A DNA stretch of 64,000 nt from NCBI GenBank assembly GCA_051859245.1, contig JBHYGA010000008.1:1-64000 (forward strand), read 5' to 3'. Made by a program: the position numbers and the translations under genes. Below are positions 19,201 through 27,784 of this stretch, piece by piece. Each line of letters begins with the position of its first letter. Position 1 is the stretch's first letter. The stretch is from Gemmatimonadaceae bacterium. Lineage in GTDB: Bacteria; Gemmatimonadota; Gemmatimonadetes; Gemmatimonadales; Gemmatimonadaceae. The notes beneath the pieces were generated by a model, which saw nothing but the letters and a program-made list of their open reading frames with translations, had not been told where the DNA came from and searched no databases.

Positions 19201-20835
19201 CGCGTCAACGCAGACGTTGCACTGCAGGTGGACGGTCGCTCGGCGTTTTCTGCGTCGGCGTCGCTGCCAATGGATTTAGCCTTTGCGCCGCGAACGCGCC
19301 GCTTGCTCGACGAGCCGTTAACGGGTCGCGTGACCAGCAACGCGGTCGATCTTGGCGTGCTCGAATCCATTGTGCCGTCGTTGCAGCGTGGCACTGGTCA
19401 ACTCAACACAGACATCGCACTGACTGGTACGTGGGAGCAGCCGCGCCTGACCGGTCAACTCACGATTGATCGCGGTGGACTCACTGTAGAGCCGTTGGGC
19501 ATCCGGCTTGAATCGTTGTCGACCAATGTGCAGTTGGCGGGTGACACGATTTCAATTCGTCGACTCACGGCGCAGAGCGGTGAATCGCGTCTTGACACGA
19601 TGTCGCTCACCGGATCCATCACGATCGCATCGGTGCGAGATCCGGTGTTTGATTTGCGTCTCACGGCCAATGCCTTTACGGCCATTGATCGCGCGCGCGT
19701 TGCGACGCTGGCCATCAGTACGGTGCAGCCGATCACGCTCAAGGGCCCGCGCAACAACGCGCTGCTGCAAGGTGCAGCGCGCGTTGATCGTGGACGCGTG
19801 TTTCTCAACTCGCTCAGTCAACGGCGCGCGCTGGATCTGAGTGACAATCTCGATCTGATCGACACCACCGCCGTGCGCGTGGATGCGGTCCTGGCCAACG
19901 CACCCAACGCACTGGTGCAGGGACTGTCGCTCAACAATGTGCGACTCGACATCGGCGATGATGTGTGGCTGCGTTCACCGGAAGCCAACATCAAACTCGG
20001 TGGCGGGCTCCGACTCACGCGTGCCGTTGATCCTCGCGACGGCCTGGCGCGCCTGGCGCTTGCGGATTCGCTCACTGTGCAGCGCGGTACGTATCAGCTC
20101 AATCTCGGACTGGCGCGACCAACATTTGATGTTGAACGCGGCACGATTCGATTCTTTGGTGATCCGGATCTTGATCCGGCACTGGATATCGCGGCGCTGC
20201 ACGTGATTCGTCAGCAGCGTCCGAATTCAAATCGTCAGGACGTGCGCATTCGTGTGCGCATGGGTGGCACGCTCACCCAGCCGACGCTCACGCTGAGCAG
20301 CGCCGACAATCCGCCGCTCCCCGAGAGCGATATGCTCAGTTATCTCGTGACAGGCGAACCGGCGTACGCGCTGTTTGGCACGCCGTACGCCGAACAAGGC
20401 GCCACGCTCGCATTGCGTTTGGCGAGCAGCTACCTGTCGAGCCGATTGGCCGGTGGCCGGTTTGATCTGGTGCAAGTTGAGCCAACAGCGCTGAATCCTG
20501 GTGAGGCCACCAATCTTCGGCAGAGTGGTCTCGGTATTCTTGCCGCCACGCGCGTTGGTGTTGGTGGTCAGGTTGGTCAGCGCACATTTCTCAGCGTGAC
20601 CACAGGCCTGTGTGGCCTCGCCCCACAAGGCGCCGGCAGTGCCGACCAACTCTCTCTCTTTGCGCAGGGACTCGGCGTAAAACTTGAGCGTCAGTTCGAC
20701 AGTCGCTTCTCAGCCGCGCTTGGCGTTGAGCCAGGGAGTTCGGCGCAAACGTGCGGACGTCCTGGCGCGTCGCGAACGTTCCAGCAAACGCCGCCTCAGA
20801 TCGGTTTTGACCTGTTCCGGTCGTGGTCGTGGTAG
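16204..20835 (+). CDS. tamB: Translocation and assembly module TamB-like protein
   Basis: 1543 aa, N-terminal anchor, beta-rich body, DUF490-like C-terminus (GTLTQPTLTLSS...ESDMLSYLVTG); directly follows an Omp85 gene. Confidence 0.8.
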   Translation: MARPRTIVFTAAGLLLGVLLLAVGAVGVLTQTDRGRATLLRAVLPVARTAIPGSLYVGRVGGSLFNDMTIDSLEIRAPDGTAFLRTGPVRLEYDPRDLLDRRIVLSLAQVTRPVVHLVDYGNNDWNWKRALRKTPTTPRPPSLTKGFGDWIRVDSLEVIEGTLTVVEAWRPADSLRGAKRDSAIAFNLARRDLEIDRDGDRLVKTRRWERGYAALGPSRIAHPDTAGMSLAVRRLDAIENDPPFWFRNMSGAVRLVKDSLWVDDFKLHLPRSGGTASGKVVWGSGLPMRWDLRIRGDSVAFSDIAWISPVLPHVGGGTTELHIRNNPRNVRVMEYVITNMDARALSSRMRGRMTFAVGDTVLRISDVDVDLAPMHTDMLRWMNAEPFPYDWRGAITGRVQARGGPVTRFMVDEARVAYADEHVPGAVTRGTIRGLMNVYEPAFAVFLGTNVEIDQLDLRTPRFVNPMFVEMNGLVSGTMTLDSLWTDVRFSNAQLAHVDGPGDTTRVTGDGRITLYETSTGFDVTMTAAPLSYTTMSRSYPSLPLRGLAVGPIRAKGTVEDFSLTTALAGAGGEIAFVGTMDAFEPDFRVTGALRVAGADLRTLFNDFSMPETNLGFSADLDVRGESLATLAGTARAALSERSSRVGTVPLYRGVADLRFADGRMHVDSLVVESAAFRGDARGALGLTSTIRDTLLIRANADSLGGLRALARWGGFLADVDSVAADSAGDVPMQGTLELRAQVVASLDTMETVGVGVDLLADARDVLVGTTSARRAVVNATIDDVLRKARGVARLTLDSSSIAGVAADAVAANVRLDDGLPSRFDASLRAPSEATVTVSGGTRRVADSIAVRVDQLDVRTPSAARVAALRNRSVQALVDTSRNGFSLAWPAHLMLGTNGAVRLDSLLWQHSVRGTLAMRGAIAADSTVSGTVDAVALPLADLGSLLRPASDWGGSLSSAIRVAGSREAPDLRGTVALRDASLGSVTLGQLDATAQYAARRVNADVALQVDGRSAFSASASLPMDLAFAPRTRRLLDEPLTGRVTSNAVDLGVLESIVPSLQRGTGQLNTDIALTGTWEQPRLTGQLTIDRGGLTVEPLGIRLESLSTNVQLAGDTISIRRLTAQSGESRLDTMSLTGSITIASVRDPVFDLRLTANAFTAIDRARVATLAISTVQPITLKGPRNNALLQGAARVDRGRVFLNSLSQRRALDLSDNLDLIDTTAVRVDAVLANAPNALVQGLSLNNVRLDIGDDVWLRSPEANIKLGGGLRLTRAVDPRDGLARLALADSLTVQRGTYQLNLGLARPTFDVERGTIRFFGDPDLDPALDIAALHVIRQQRPNSNRQDVRIRVRMGGTLTQPTLTLSSADNPPLPESDMLSYLVTGEPAYALFGTPYAEQGATLALRLASSYLSSRLAGGRFDLVQVEPTALNPGEATNLRQSGLGILAATRVGVGGQVGQRTFLSVTTGLCGLAPQGAGSADQLSLFAQGLGVKLERQFDSRFSAALGVEPGSSAQTCGRPGASRTFQQTPPQIGFDLFRSWSW

Positions 20836-20955
20836 TGTAGGCGCGCTGATGTTGGTTCGCGGTGTAGTGTAGGCCACGCGAGGCCGCCAAGAACGCAGGC
20901 TGTTTACAGGCGCCCATGAGGGTTGATCTCGTGACCCGACCATCCCCAACTCCGC

Positions 20956-21105
20956 ACGTTCGGTGTGGCCCGCGGGGGCCGGGGCCCCTCCGCCGCGCCT
21001 TCTGTCCGCCAGCGCCGGGTGGGCCCCGCCCGCTCCCGGCGCGCCCGGCGGGCAGTGGGCGCGAAGGAGGGCGCCCCGGCCCCCGCGGGCCCCACACCAA
21101 ACGTT
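20956..21105. repeat. About 150-nt extremely GC-rich imperfect inverted repeat flanked by ACGTT direct repeats (MITE-like or artefact)
   Basis: acgttcggtgtggcccgcgggggccggggcccctcc... pairs with ...ggagggcgccccggcccccgcgggccccacaccaaacgt; inner stems ctgtccgcc/ggcgggcag and gcgccggg/cccggcgc. Confidence 0.8.
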
Positions 21106-21138
21106 TCGATACGAACCGATCGGTCGTCTCACACAGAC

Positions 21139-23817
21139 ATGCCCGATTCGATTTTTGGAGTTGCTGCTCCGCCCGCCATAGAACTGTCGGCTGCGCTCGA
21201 CGCGATTGATCGCGCCGGGCCGTTTGCTTCGCGCCTGCGTGTGGCTGCGGCCACGCTTCACGCGTGGGGGTTTGGTCGGGTCATGCTTGTGTTGCGCGAC
21301 GCTTCCATGGCGCCGCAGCACACCGTCTTCGCCGGCAATCGCGATCCCGAAGCCGCGCCCGACGCCATGCAGCCATTGCCAGGCGTGGTGTGGCGTCAGC
21401 GACTGCCCCTGTTGTTGCCCTTTGCGCGCGACGGCTGGTATGTGTTGCCCGGACACGATGCGTGGGTGGCCCGCGAGTTCTGGGCCAGCGAGCCGTTGCC
21501 GCGTGGCGTGCCCGGTGAGTGGGGCTCGCACGATTTAATTGTGGCCACATTGCGTGGCGCGAGCGGTGAAGTGCTGGGCACGGCGCTGCTCGCCGAGTCT
21601 GACGCGCAGTTGCGCCCGGATCGCGAACGGGCGCTCGAGGCGTTCGCGCTGTTGCGTCATCTCGGTGGACGCGTGGCGCATGACGCACTGCATGAGTTGG
21701 CCGAGCAGCGTGCCGAACGCTTGCAGCGTTTGCAGGAGGCCGGCGCGGCGCTCGCGCGCTCACTCGACGAGCGCGAAATTCTGCGCGAACTCGCGCGACA
21801 GGTATCACGCGCCACACATCCGGATGGTGTGGTGATCGTTGCGCCGGATCTGGCCGCGAATCAGTACCACACGCTGGTGCGATTTGTTGGCAATGTCGAG
21901 CGACCCACAGGTCCCGTGCGCACGCTCGGTGACGGCGTGATTGCCGACGTCACACGAAACGGACGCCCGGTGCTTTCGGGAAGCGTGGATCCACGACTCG
22001 CTCGCAGCGCACAGCCGGAGTGGTCACCGTTGGCGGCACTCGATGTGATGGGCGAGACAGTGACCGAATTCGGTCCGCCGGGTTCGGTACTCGCCGTGCC
22101 GGTGATGGTTGGCATCAGGCTGCTCGGTGTGCTGGCGATTCATGCCAGCGCGAGTGGACGATTCACGCGCGAAGACGAAGAACTCGTGTCCACGATGGCC
22201 TCGCAGGCGGCTACTGCACTCGCAAACGCGCGTCGTTATGCAGAGAGCGAACGTGAGCGCCGGCAGACCGAAGCGCTGGCCGACGTCGCAAGAGCGGTGG
22301 GCGAATCGCTGCGGCCTGGTGAAGTGCTGCACCTGATTCTGCGTCATGCGCTTGCGTTGTTGCAGGCTGAGGGAGCGTGCATCGCACTTCGTCACGGCGA
22401 CTGGTTGCATATCGTGGCTGGTACGGGTGCGGCAGATCTCTTTGCTGGTGTCCATGTGCCAACAAGCGCCTCGTTGCTCGGGCGCGTGTGCCTGGAAGGC
22501 GGTCTGATTGTCTCGAACAACCTGCCGCAGGAAGACGGCGCGTATTCTCCGCTGCAGCGCATTGCGCCTATTCGCAATACGGTCATTGCGCCACTCACCA
22601 CGGCGCGCGGAATTATCGGCGCGATTGCCGTGATCAATCGCGCCGTGCCCTTTAGCGAAGATGACGGCCGCATTCTGCAGCGACTCGGCGATCAGGTGTC
22701 CGTGGCCATTGTGAATGCCCGCCTGTTTGAGGAAGTCGAGCACGCCACACGCGAATGGAAAGTGGCGTTTGACGCGGTGGCCACCGGTCTGGCGGTGCTT
22801 GATGACAGTCGGCGCATCATGCGCTGCAACCGGCGTCTCGCTGAACTGTGTGGTGAGACGGAAATTTCCGCGTTGCTCGGCGTGAGTTTTCAGAAGGCGC
22901 TGCTGGACGATACGGTGATTGCGGCCGATGACGACGTGGTCGCGCGCGCGAGTCGCGAAGGGGTGGTGGCGCGTGGCGATGTTCGACACACGCGACGTGG
23001 CCTGACGTTTACGATCACCGCGTCGCCACATCCGCACGGCGGCACAATGGTGACCGTGGACGATATCACGGAAGCGCAGCGGCTCGCCGAACGCCACCAG
23101 CGCGTGCTCGAAACCGCGATGGACGCGATTGTCATTACCGATAGCGAGCGGCGCATTGCGTTTGCGAATCAGGCGGCGCACGCGCTGTTGTCGCATGCCC
23201 GAACCCTCGTAGGAACGCCGGTGGCCGATCTGGTGGCACCGGAGTCGCTCGATGTCGTCAGGCGATACGAGACGTTGGCGTTGCACGGTTCCGCGCAACA
23301 ATACGAATGCCTGATTGTGCGCGCCGATGGCTCGCGACGTCAGGTTGAAGTTCGCACGGCGCCGCTCACCGAAGGCGGTGAAATCATCGGCACGGTGGCG
23401 TGTCTGCGCGACATTACGGATCAGCGTGCGGGCGCCTCGGCGCTTGAACGCGTGGAAGCGCGATATACACGACTCGTGGAAGAAGCGACGGATGCCATTT
23501 TTACGATCGACATGCGCGGCAACTTCACGTCGGTCAATAAATCGCTTGAAGAAGCGAGCGGTGTCGCGCGCGAACATCTGATTGGTCGTCGTTGTGTCAC
23601 GATGATTGATCCGCGCGACCGTGAAATGGGAGAAGAGTCGATTCGCCGCACGCTTGCCGGCGAGCGACTGCAGATATCAGTGCGCTATCCGTCGCCTGAA
23701 GGTCGTATCCTCATTGGCTCGCTCATCTCGTCGCCGATTTTCGAGGATGGCATTGTGGTGGGGGCGCTTGGAATCATGCGTTACGTGGCGGACGAACCGT
23801 TGCGGTTGGCCCACTAG
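21139..23817 (+). CDS. Multi-GAF / multi-PAS sensor protein with no recognisable output domain
   Basis: GAF motifs (LAVPVMVGIRLLGVL...ANAR; IAPLTTARGIIGAI...VNARLF) followed by three PAS repeats; ends GALGIMRYVADEPLRLAH. Start uncertain. Confidence 0.8.
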   Translation: MPDSIFGVAAPPAIELSAALDAIDRAGPFASRLRVAAATLHAWGFGRVMLVLRDASMAPQHTVFAGNRDPEAAPDAMQPLPGVVWRQRLPLLLPFARDGWYVLPGHDAWVAREFWASEPLPRGVPGEWGSHDLIVATLRGASGEVLGTALLAESDAQLRPDRERALEAFALLRHLGGRVAHDALHELAEQRAERLQRLQEAGAALARSLDEREILRELARQVSRATHPDGVVIVAPDLAANQYHTLVRFVGNVERPTGPVRTLGDGVIADVTRNGRPVLSGSVDPRLARSAQPEWSPLAALDVMGETVTEFGPPGSVLAVPVMVGIRLLGVLAIHASASGRFTREDEELVSTMASQAATALANARRYAESERERRQTEALADVARAVGESLRPGEVLHLILRHALALLQAEGACIALRHGDWLHIVAGTGAADLFAGVHVPTSASLLGRVCLEGGLIVSNNLPQEDGAYSPLQRIAPIRNTVIAPLTTARGIIGAIAVINRAVPFSEDDGRILQRLGDQVSVAIVNARLFEEVEHATREWKVAFDAVATGLAVLDDSRRIMRCNRRLAELCGETEISALLGVSFQKALLDDTVIAADDDVVARASREGVVARGDVRHTRRGLTFTITASPHPHGGTMVTVDDITEAQRLAERHQRVLETAMDAIVITDSERRIAFANQAAHALLSHARTLVGTPVADLVAPESLDVVRRYETLALHGSAQQYECLIVRADGSRRQVEVRTAPLTEGGEIIGTVACLRDITDQRAGASALERVEARYTRLVEEATDAIFTIDMRGNFTSVNKSLEEASGVAREHLIGRRCVTMIDPRDREMGEESIRRTLAGERLQISVRYPSPEGRILIGSLISSPIFEDGIVVGALGIMRYVADEPLRLAH

Positions 23818-23878
23818 GGCACTGGTCCGCTCGCCCCACTGGCATTGCCGGTGTCGGGACGCAAAGTTCTACGGTCAT

Positions 23879-24685
23879 ATGCTCACACCAGACTTTGTGC
23901 CCATGGTTGGCGTGACTGCGCGCGTGCGTCCCGCCATCGCACCAATGCTCAGCACCAATCGGATTGCGTCAGTCCTGACGTCGCAGGCGTTGGCGGGTCA
24001 GCTCGTACACGTCCTTGAGGGTGAGGCCGATTGGTGGCGCGTACGCAGCGCCGATGCGTACGAAGGCTGGATGCACCGAGGTTATCTCGAAGCCGCCTCA
24101 GGCGATGAAGGTGATTGGCCCATCACCACGGGCGCAGTGGTTCGCGAGGCCGATGGCCGCGTGCGCGCGTTGCCCTTTGGCGCGCGAGTCGCACCCGACG
24201 CGATGCTGCTCTCAGGCGAAGCGTTCGACGATGACGAGCGGGCTCGCTTGTATCCAGCGGAAAGTGCGCGTCTCGTTGCAACGGCGGAAACGCACTTTAT
24301 TGGTGCGAGCTATCAGTGGGGCGGCGTGACGCCCTGGGGCTGCGATTGTTCGGGCATCGTGCAGGCCGTGGCTGCTTTTCACGATCTGTCCCTGCCGCGT
24401 GATGCGTGGCAACAGGCGCTCGAAGGCGCGCCGGTGCACGCCGCCCCGCTCGATATCGACGCGCTTCAGCCGTTCGATTTGCTGTTCTTCTCAGATCGGG
24501 AAGACCAACGCATCACGCACGTTGGCATCACACTGGAACACGGCCGCATGCTGCACAGTGCGCTCGCGCGAGGCGGTGTGCACATTGAATCACTGCGCAG
24601 TGATGACCGCTACGTGGCCCGACTCCGCGCGCAGTTCGTGGCGGCGCGGCGCGTGTTGCCCGCGCCGCACAAACCCGTGATCTGA
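23879..24685 (+). CDS. SH3 + NlpC/P60 (C40) peptidoglycan peptidase
   Basis: GASYQWGG...DCSG, LPRDAWQQ and HVGI...HS; N-terminal SQ..G..V.V...W..V.....YEGW SH3 pattern. Confidence 0.85.
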   Translation: MLTPDFVPMVGVTARVRPAIAPMLSTNRIASVLTSQALAGQLVHVLEGEADWWRVRSADAYEGWMHRGYLEAASGDEGDWPITTGAVVREADGRVRALPFGARVAPDAMLLSGEAFDDDERARLYPAESARLVATAETHFIGASYQWGGVTPWGCDCSGIVQAVAAFHDLSLPRDAWQQALEGAPVHAAPLDIDALQPFDLLFFSDREDQRITHVGITLEHGRMLHSALARGGVHIESLRSDDRYVARLRAQFVAARRVLPAPHKPVI

Positions 24686-24686
24686 G

Positions 24687-25112
24687 TTAGCTGACGAGTC
24701 CGCCAACCGGGCGCGGTTGTGGTGCGCCGCCGCGAACGTGCAGCACCACTTCGGTGCGCTGCTCCCCATTCAGTGACACGCGCATGGCATAGTCACCGGC
24801 CACATCGAGCGGCAAATCCACGGCCGCAATGATTGGCATGTCGAGCTCGCCTGTGGTTCCCGCTGGCGCCCCGATCGTGAGCTCGGCGCTGGACGACCAG
24901 AGCTCATTGCCACGGGGGTTGATCCAGTTCAGGTCCATGGAGTGGACGCCGGCGTCCGAAGGTGAACCCTTGAGTCGCACCACGAGCGTAGCCCGCGGAT
25001 GAACAGACGGAAAAGCGGCCACGTGGACCGCGTCAAACACGCCAAGCACGTTCAGCTTTCCCTCTTGTGAGAGGTTAGCCGCGTCGGCGAAGAGAGCGAA
25101 GGAAACATGCAT
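24687..25112 (-). CDS. Conserved hypothetical protein (beta-sandwich, DUF6941-like)
   Basis: ADAANLSQEGKLNVLGVFD pattern; clean ORF between neighbouring genes. Confidence 0.6.
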   Translation of the reverse strand: MHVSFALFADAANLSQEGKLNVLGVFDAVHVAAFPSVHPRATLVVRLKGSPSDAGVHSMDLNWINPRGNELWSSSAELTIGAPAGTTGELDMPIIAAVDLPLDVAGDYAMRVSLNGEQRTEVVLHVRGGAPQPRPVGGLVS

Positions 25113-25157
25113 GGCCGGAAGCTACACGCGTGGCCGTGCGCTCGCCTAGTTTTCGGT

Positions 25158-26165
25158 ATGTCCGCTGCCTCCAAATCCGCCGCTTCGCCGGCCGTTCAGC
25201 CCGCGACGCCGCATGCAGTGGCCAGGCACGGTTTCGGAGCGACCGACCTCGGCTTGTTGCTGATGGCCGCGATCTGGGGCATCAACTTTACAGTCGTGAA
25301 GGCGGGTATCGCCGCCATACCCGCCCTCGCGTTCAATGGCATTCGCGTCGTGCTCGCGGCGGTCGTGCTGCAACTCGTGGCGTTCGCTGTCGCCGGCCGG
25401 CGCTCGTTTCCCGCGCGACGTGACGCGCTGGCGTTGCTCGCGATGGGTGTGATGGGCAACGGCGTGTATCAGTTGCTCTTTATCGCCGGGTTGTCACGCA
25501 CACGCGCCGGGATCGCGGCCCTCGTGATTGCGGCCGGTCCGGCATGGATCGCCATCATCTCGCGTCTGTTTGGTCGCGAACGTCTGCCGGGGCGCGGCTG
25601 GGCCGGTATCGCGCTGCAAATGTTCGGCATGTTGTGTGTGGTCGCGAGTGCCGGATTGCTCGATGCTGATCCCACCGCGCTCAAAGGGGCCGCGTTCATC
25701 ATGGTGGGCAGTATCGTCTGGGCGCTGTTCACGGTGATGTTGCAACCGTATACGGCGCGCGTGCATCCGCTACACCTGGCGTCGCTCACGCTGTCGAGCG
25801 GTGCTGTGCTGCTGTTCGCGGTTGGGTGGCCTGCCATTCGTGTGCTCGATTTCAGCACGATCACGCTGGCCGCCTGGGGGGCCGTGCTGTACGCCGGTGT
25901 TGGTGCGTTGGTGATTGCTTACCTGCTGTTCTATCGCGGTGTGCGCATTCTGGGGCCCACGCGCACGGCGATGTACGGCAACTTGCAACCGATCATTGCA
26001 CTCTTGGTGGCCTGGGTCGCACTCAGTGAGCAGCCCACGCGCTACCAGGTGTTGGGCGGCGTGCTGGTCATGGCGGGATTGCTGATTTCCCGCACGGCTC
26101 GCATGCAGCCAGCTGGCCCCGCGCCGCATGTCACGAGTGTGCCCGCCACCGAGCGCGCGGCCTGA
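25158..26165 (+). CDS. DMT/EamA-family transporter
   Basis: IWGINF, about 10 TM helices, GPTRTAMYGNLQP and LSE. Confidence 0.9.
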   Translation: MSAASKSAASPAVQPATPHAVARHGFGATDLGLLLMAAIWGINFTVVKAGIAAIPALAFNGIRVVLAAVVLQLVAFAVAGRRSFPARRDALALLAMGVMGNGVYQLLFIAGLSRTRAGIAALVIAAGPAWIAIISRLFGRERLPGRGWAGIALQMFGMLCVVASAGLLDADPTALKGAAFIMVGSIVWALFTVMLQPYTARVHPLHLASLTLSSGAVLLFAVGWPAIRVLDFSTITLAAWGAVLYAGVGALVIAYLLFYRGVRILGPTRTAMYGNLQPIIALLVAWVALSEQPTRYQVLGGVLVMAGLLISRTARMQPAGPAPHVTSVPATERAA

Positions 26166-26210
26166 TCGATTGCTCGTGCAAAGCCCTTCCATATCACACA
26201 CTGTTCACGC

Positions 26211-26900
26211 ATGAAACTGATCCTCTTTGACATTGATGGCACGCTATTGTGGACAGACGGCGCCGGACGCAAGTCCATGGAAGCGGCGTTGCTGCAGGTG
26301 TTCGGCGCGGCCGGTGATCCGTCATATCGCTACGATGGCAAGACAGATCGCCAGATTACCCGCGAGCAAATGCGGAGTGCTGGAATTGATAATGCGGTGA
26401 TTGACGAGCGCATGGACGAAGTGCTGAGCGTGTACCTGCAGAACCTCGGTGAGTTTCTGACGCGCGATCCGGGTGCCGCCAAACTGTGTCACGGTGTGGA
26501 CGTGCTGCTCAATGCCGTCGAGGCGGAGCAGGGCGTGGTCATGGGATTGCTCACGGGGAATGTGCGCGACGGTGCGGCGCACAAACTCAAGGCGGTTGGT
26601 GTGGATATCGCGCGTTTCCGTGTGAATGCGTTTGGCTCAGATCACGAACATCGTCATGAACTGCCGCGTGTCGCACAGCGTCGCGCACAGGAAACACTTG
26701 GTCTCGATCTTCCCGGTGACCGCATCATCATTGTTGGTGATACACCGGCGGATATCGCGTGTGGTCGACCCATCGGTGCGCGCGCAATTGGTGTGGCCAC
26801 AGGGCGTTACGGTGTTGAAGATCTCGCCGCACACTCACCGCACGCGGTTTTCGCCGATCTCACCGATACCGACCGGGTGCTTGAGGCCCTACTCGCGTGA
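26211..26900 (+). CDS. HAD-family hydrolase
   Basis: LFDIDGTL, LLTGN and VGDTPADI motifs. Confidence 0.9.
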   Translation: MKLILFDIDGTLLWTDGAGRKSMEAALLQVFGAAGDPSYRYDGKTDRQITREQMRSAGIDNAVIDERMDEVLSVYLQNLGEFLTRDPGAAKLCHGVDVLLNAVEAEQGVVMGLLTGNVRDGAAHKLKAVGVDIARFRVNAFGSDHEHRHELPRVAQRRAQETLGLDLPGDRIIIVGDTPADIACGRPIGARAIGVATGRYGVEDLAAHSPHAVFADLTDTDRVLEALLA

Positions 26901-27655
26901 ACAGCCGCGAGCCTGATGACTCCGTGCGACACAATGTCTCAGACCATGAGACCGAGTGCCACACGCGCGTTGTGGGTTTGTGGCGGGGCCGTGAAATCGA
27001 CATCCGTGCAACGCTGCATCTGGATGTTGGGGCGTTGCGCTTTGAGTCGGGCTCAACACCTGTCGTGCGCGTGCGGATCGACGCACTTGATGGCTGCCAG
27101 ATCAACGCAGCCAATGCCGTCCTGTACCTGAACAGCGGCGATGTGCTCGATGTGTCCTTGCTCAATGAGTCGGCGCGTGTCGCAATGCGAGCGGCTCTTG
27201 AGTCTGCGTTTACCATGCCGGAACTCACGCGCAGCCTTCGTGAGCTCGGCGCGATCGGCGGCAGCGATGCAACCGCGCACGACCGTTGGTTCGCCCCGTT
27301 GCTGGTCGCGCGTCGCGCGATTGTCGGTGTGAGTGACCCGCTCCGTCAGCTCGCGCTGTTTGATATCGACAAGCTGCGCGATGAACTGGCCCGCGCGCTG
27401 GCCGAGCTCGCCGCGCAGCGAGCCGGCGGCGATGCGCCGCGTGCGAGAGCGATAGACGCAATCCTCGAAGATGAAACCGAGCCCGTTCGCCGCGCGATGG
27501 CGCGCGTTGCCATCGCGGCATCAGCGTTGGAAGGCAGCGCGTCCGATTCGCGGCTCGGCGACTGGAGACGCTGGGTACGGGAGCTCATGGAGCTCTACCG
27601 CGCGGCCGACAACGCCTGGCCGGCAATCGCGCGGGCGCTGCGCAGCACCTTGTAG
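26897..27655 (+). CDS. Hypothetical protein
   Basis: 252-aa ORF overlapping the HAD stop by 4 bp; coding-like composition; no recognisable motif. Confidence 0.6.
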   Translation: MNSREPDDSVRHNVSDHETECHTRVVGLWRGREIDIRATLHLDVGALRFESGSTPVVRVRIDALDGCQINAANAVLYLNSGDVLDVSLLNESARVAMRAALESAFTMPELTRSLRELGAIGGSDATAHDRWFAPLLVARRAIVGVSDPLRQLALFDIDKLRDELARALAELAAQRAGGDAPRARAIDAILEDETEPVRRAMARVAIAASALEGSASDSRLGDWRRWVRELMELYRAADNAWPAIARALRSTL

Positions 27656-27784
27656 GCGGCGCATTCTGGTCGCTCAGCGTGTATCTGAGCGCTAAACCTT
27701 TGTGCATGTGCGGCCGAGACTCTGGCGTAACGAGTGTTCTTGAACCGCATGACGCGGTGAGAGCACGCGCTTCCCACCTCTCGC

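Noticed and set aside
20956..21105. Long hairpin as SRP RNA or 6S RNA
   Set aside because: Lacks the SRP helix-8 GNRA/internal-loop motif and the A/U-rich central bubble of 6S.
23855..23870. GGGACGCAAAG, reminiscent of the c-di-GMP-I (GEMM) riboswitch core, upstream of NlpC/P60
   Set aside because: No preceding GGCAAA/GNRA-capped stem or downstream P3 stem, and the intergenic space is only about 60 nt.
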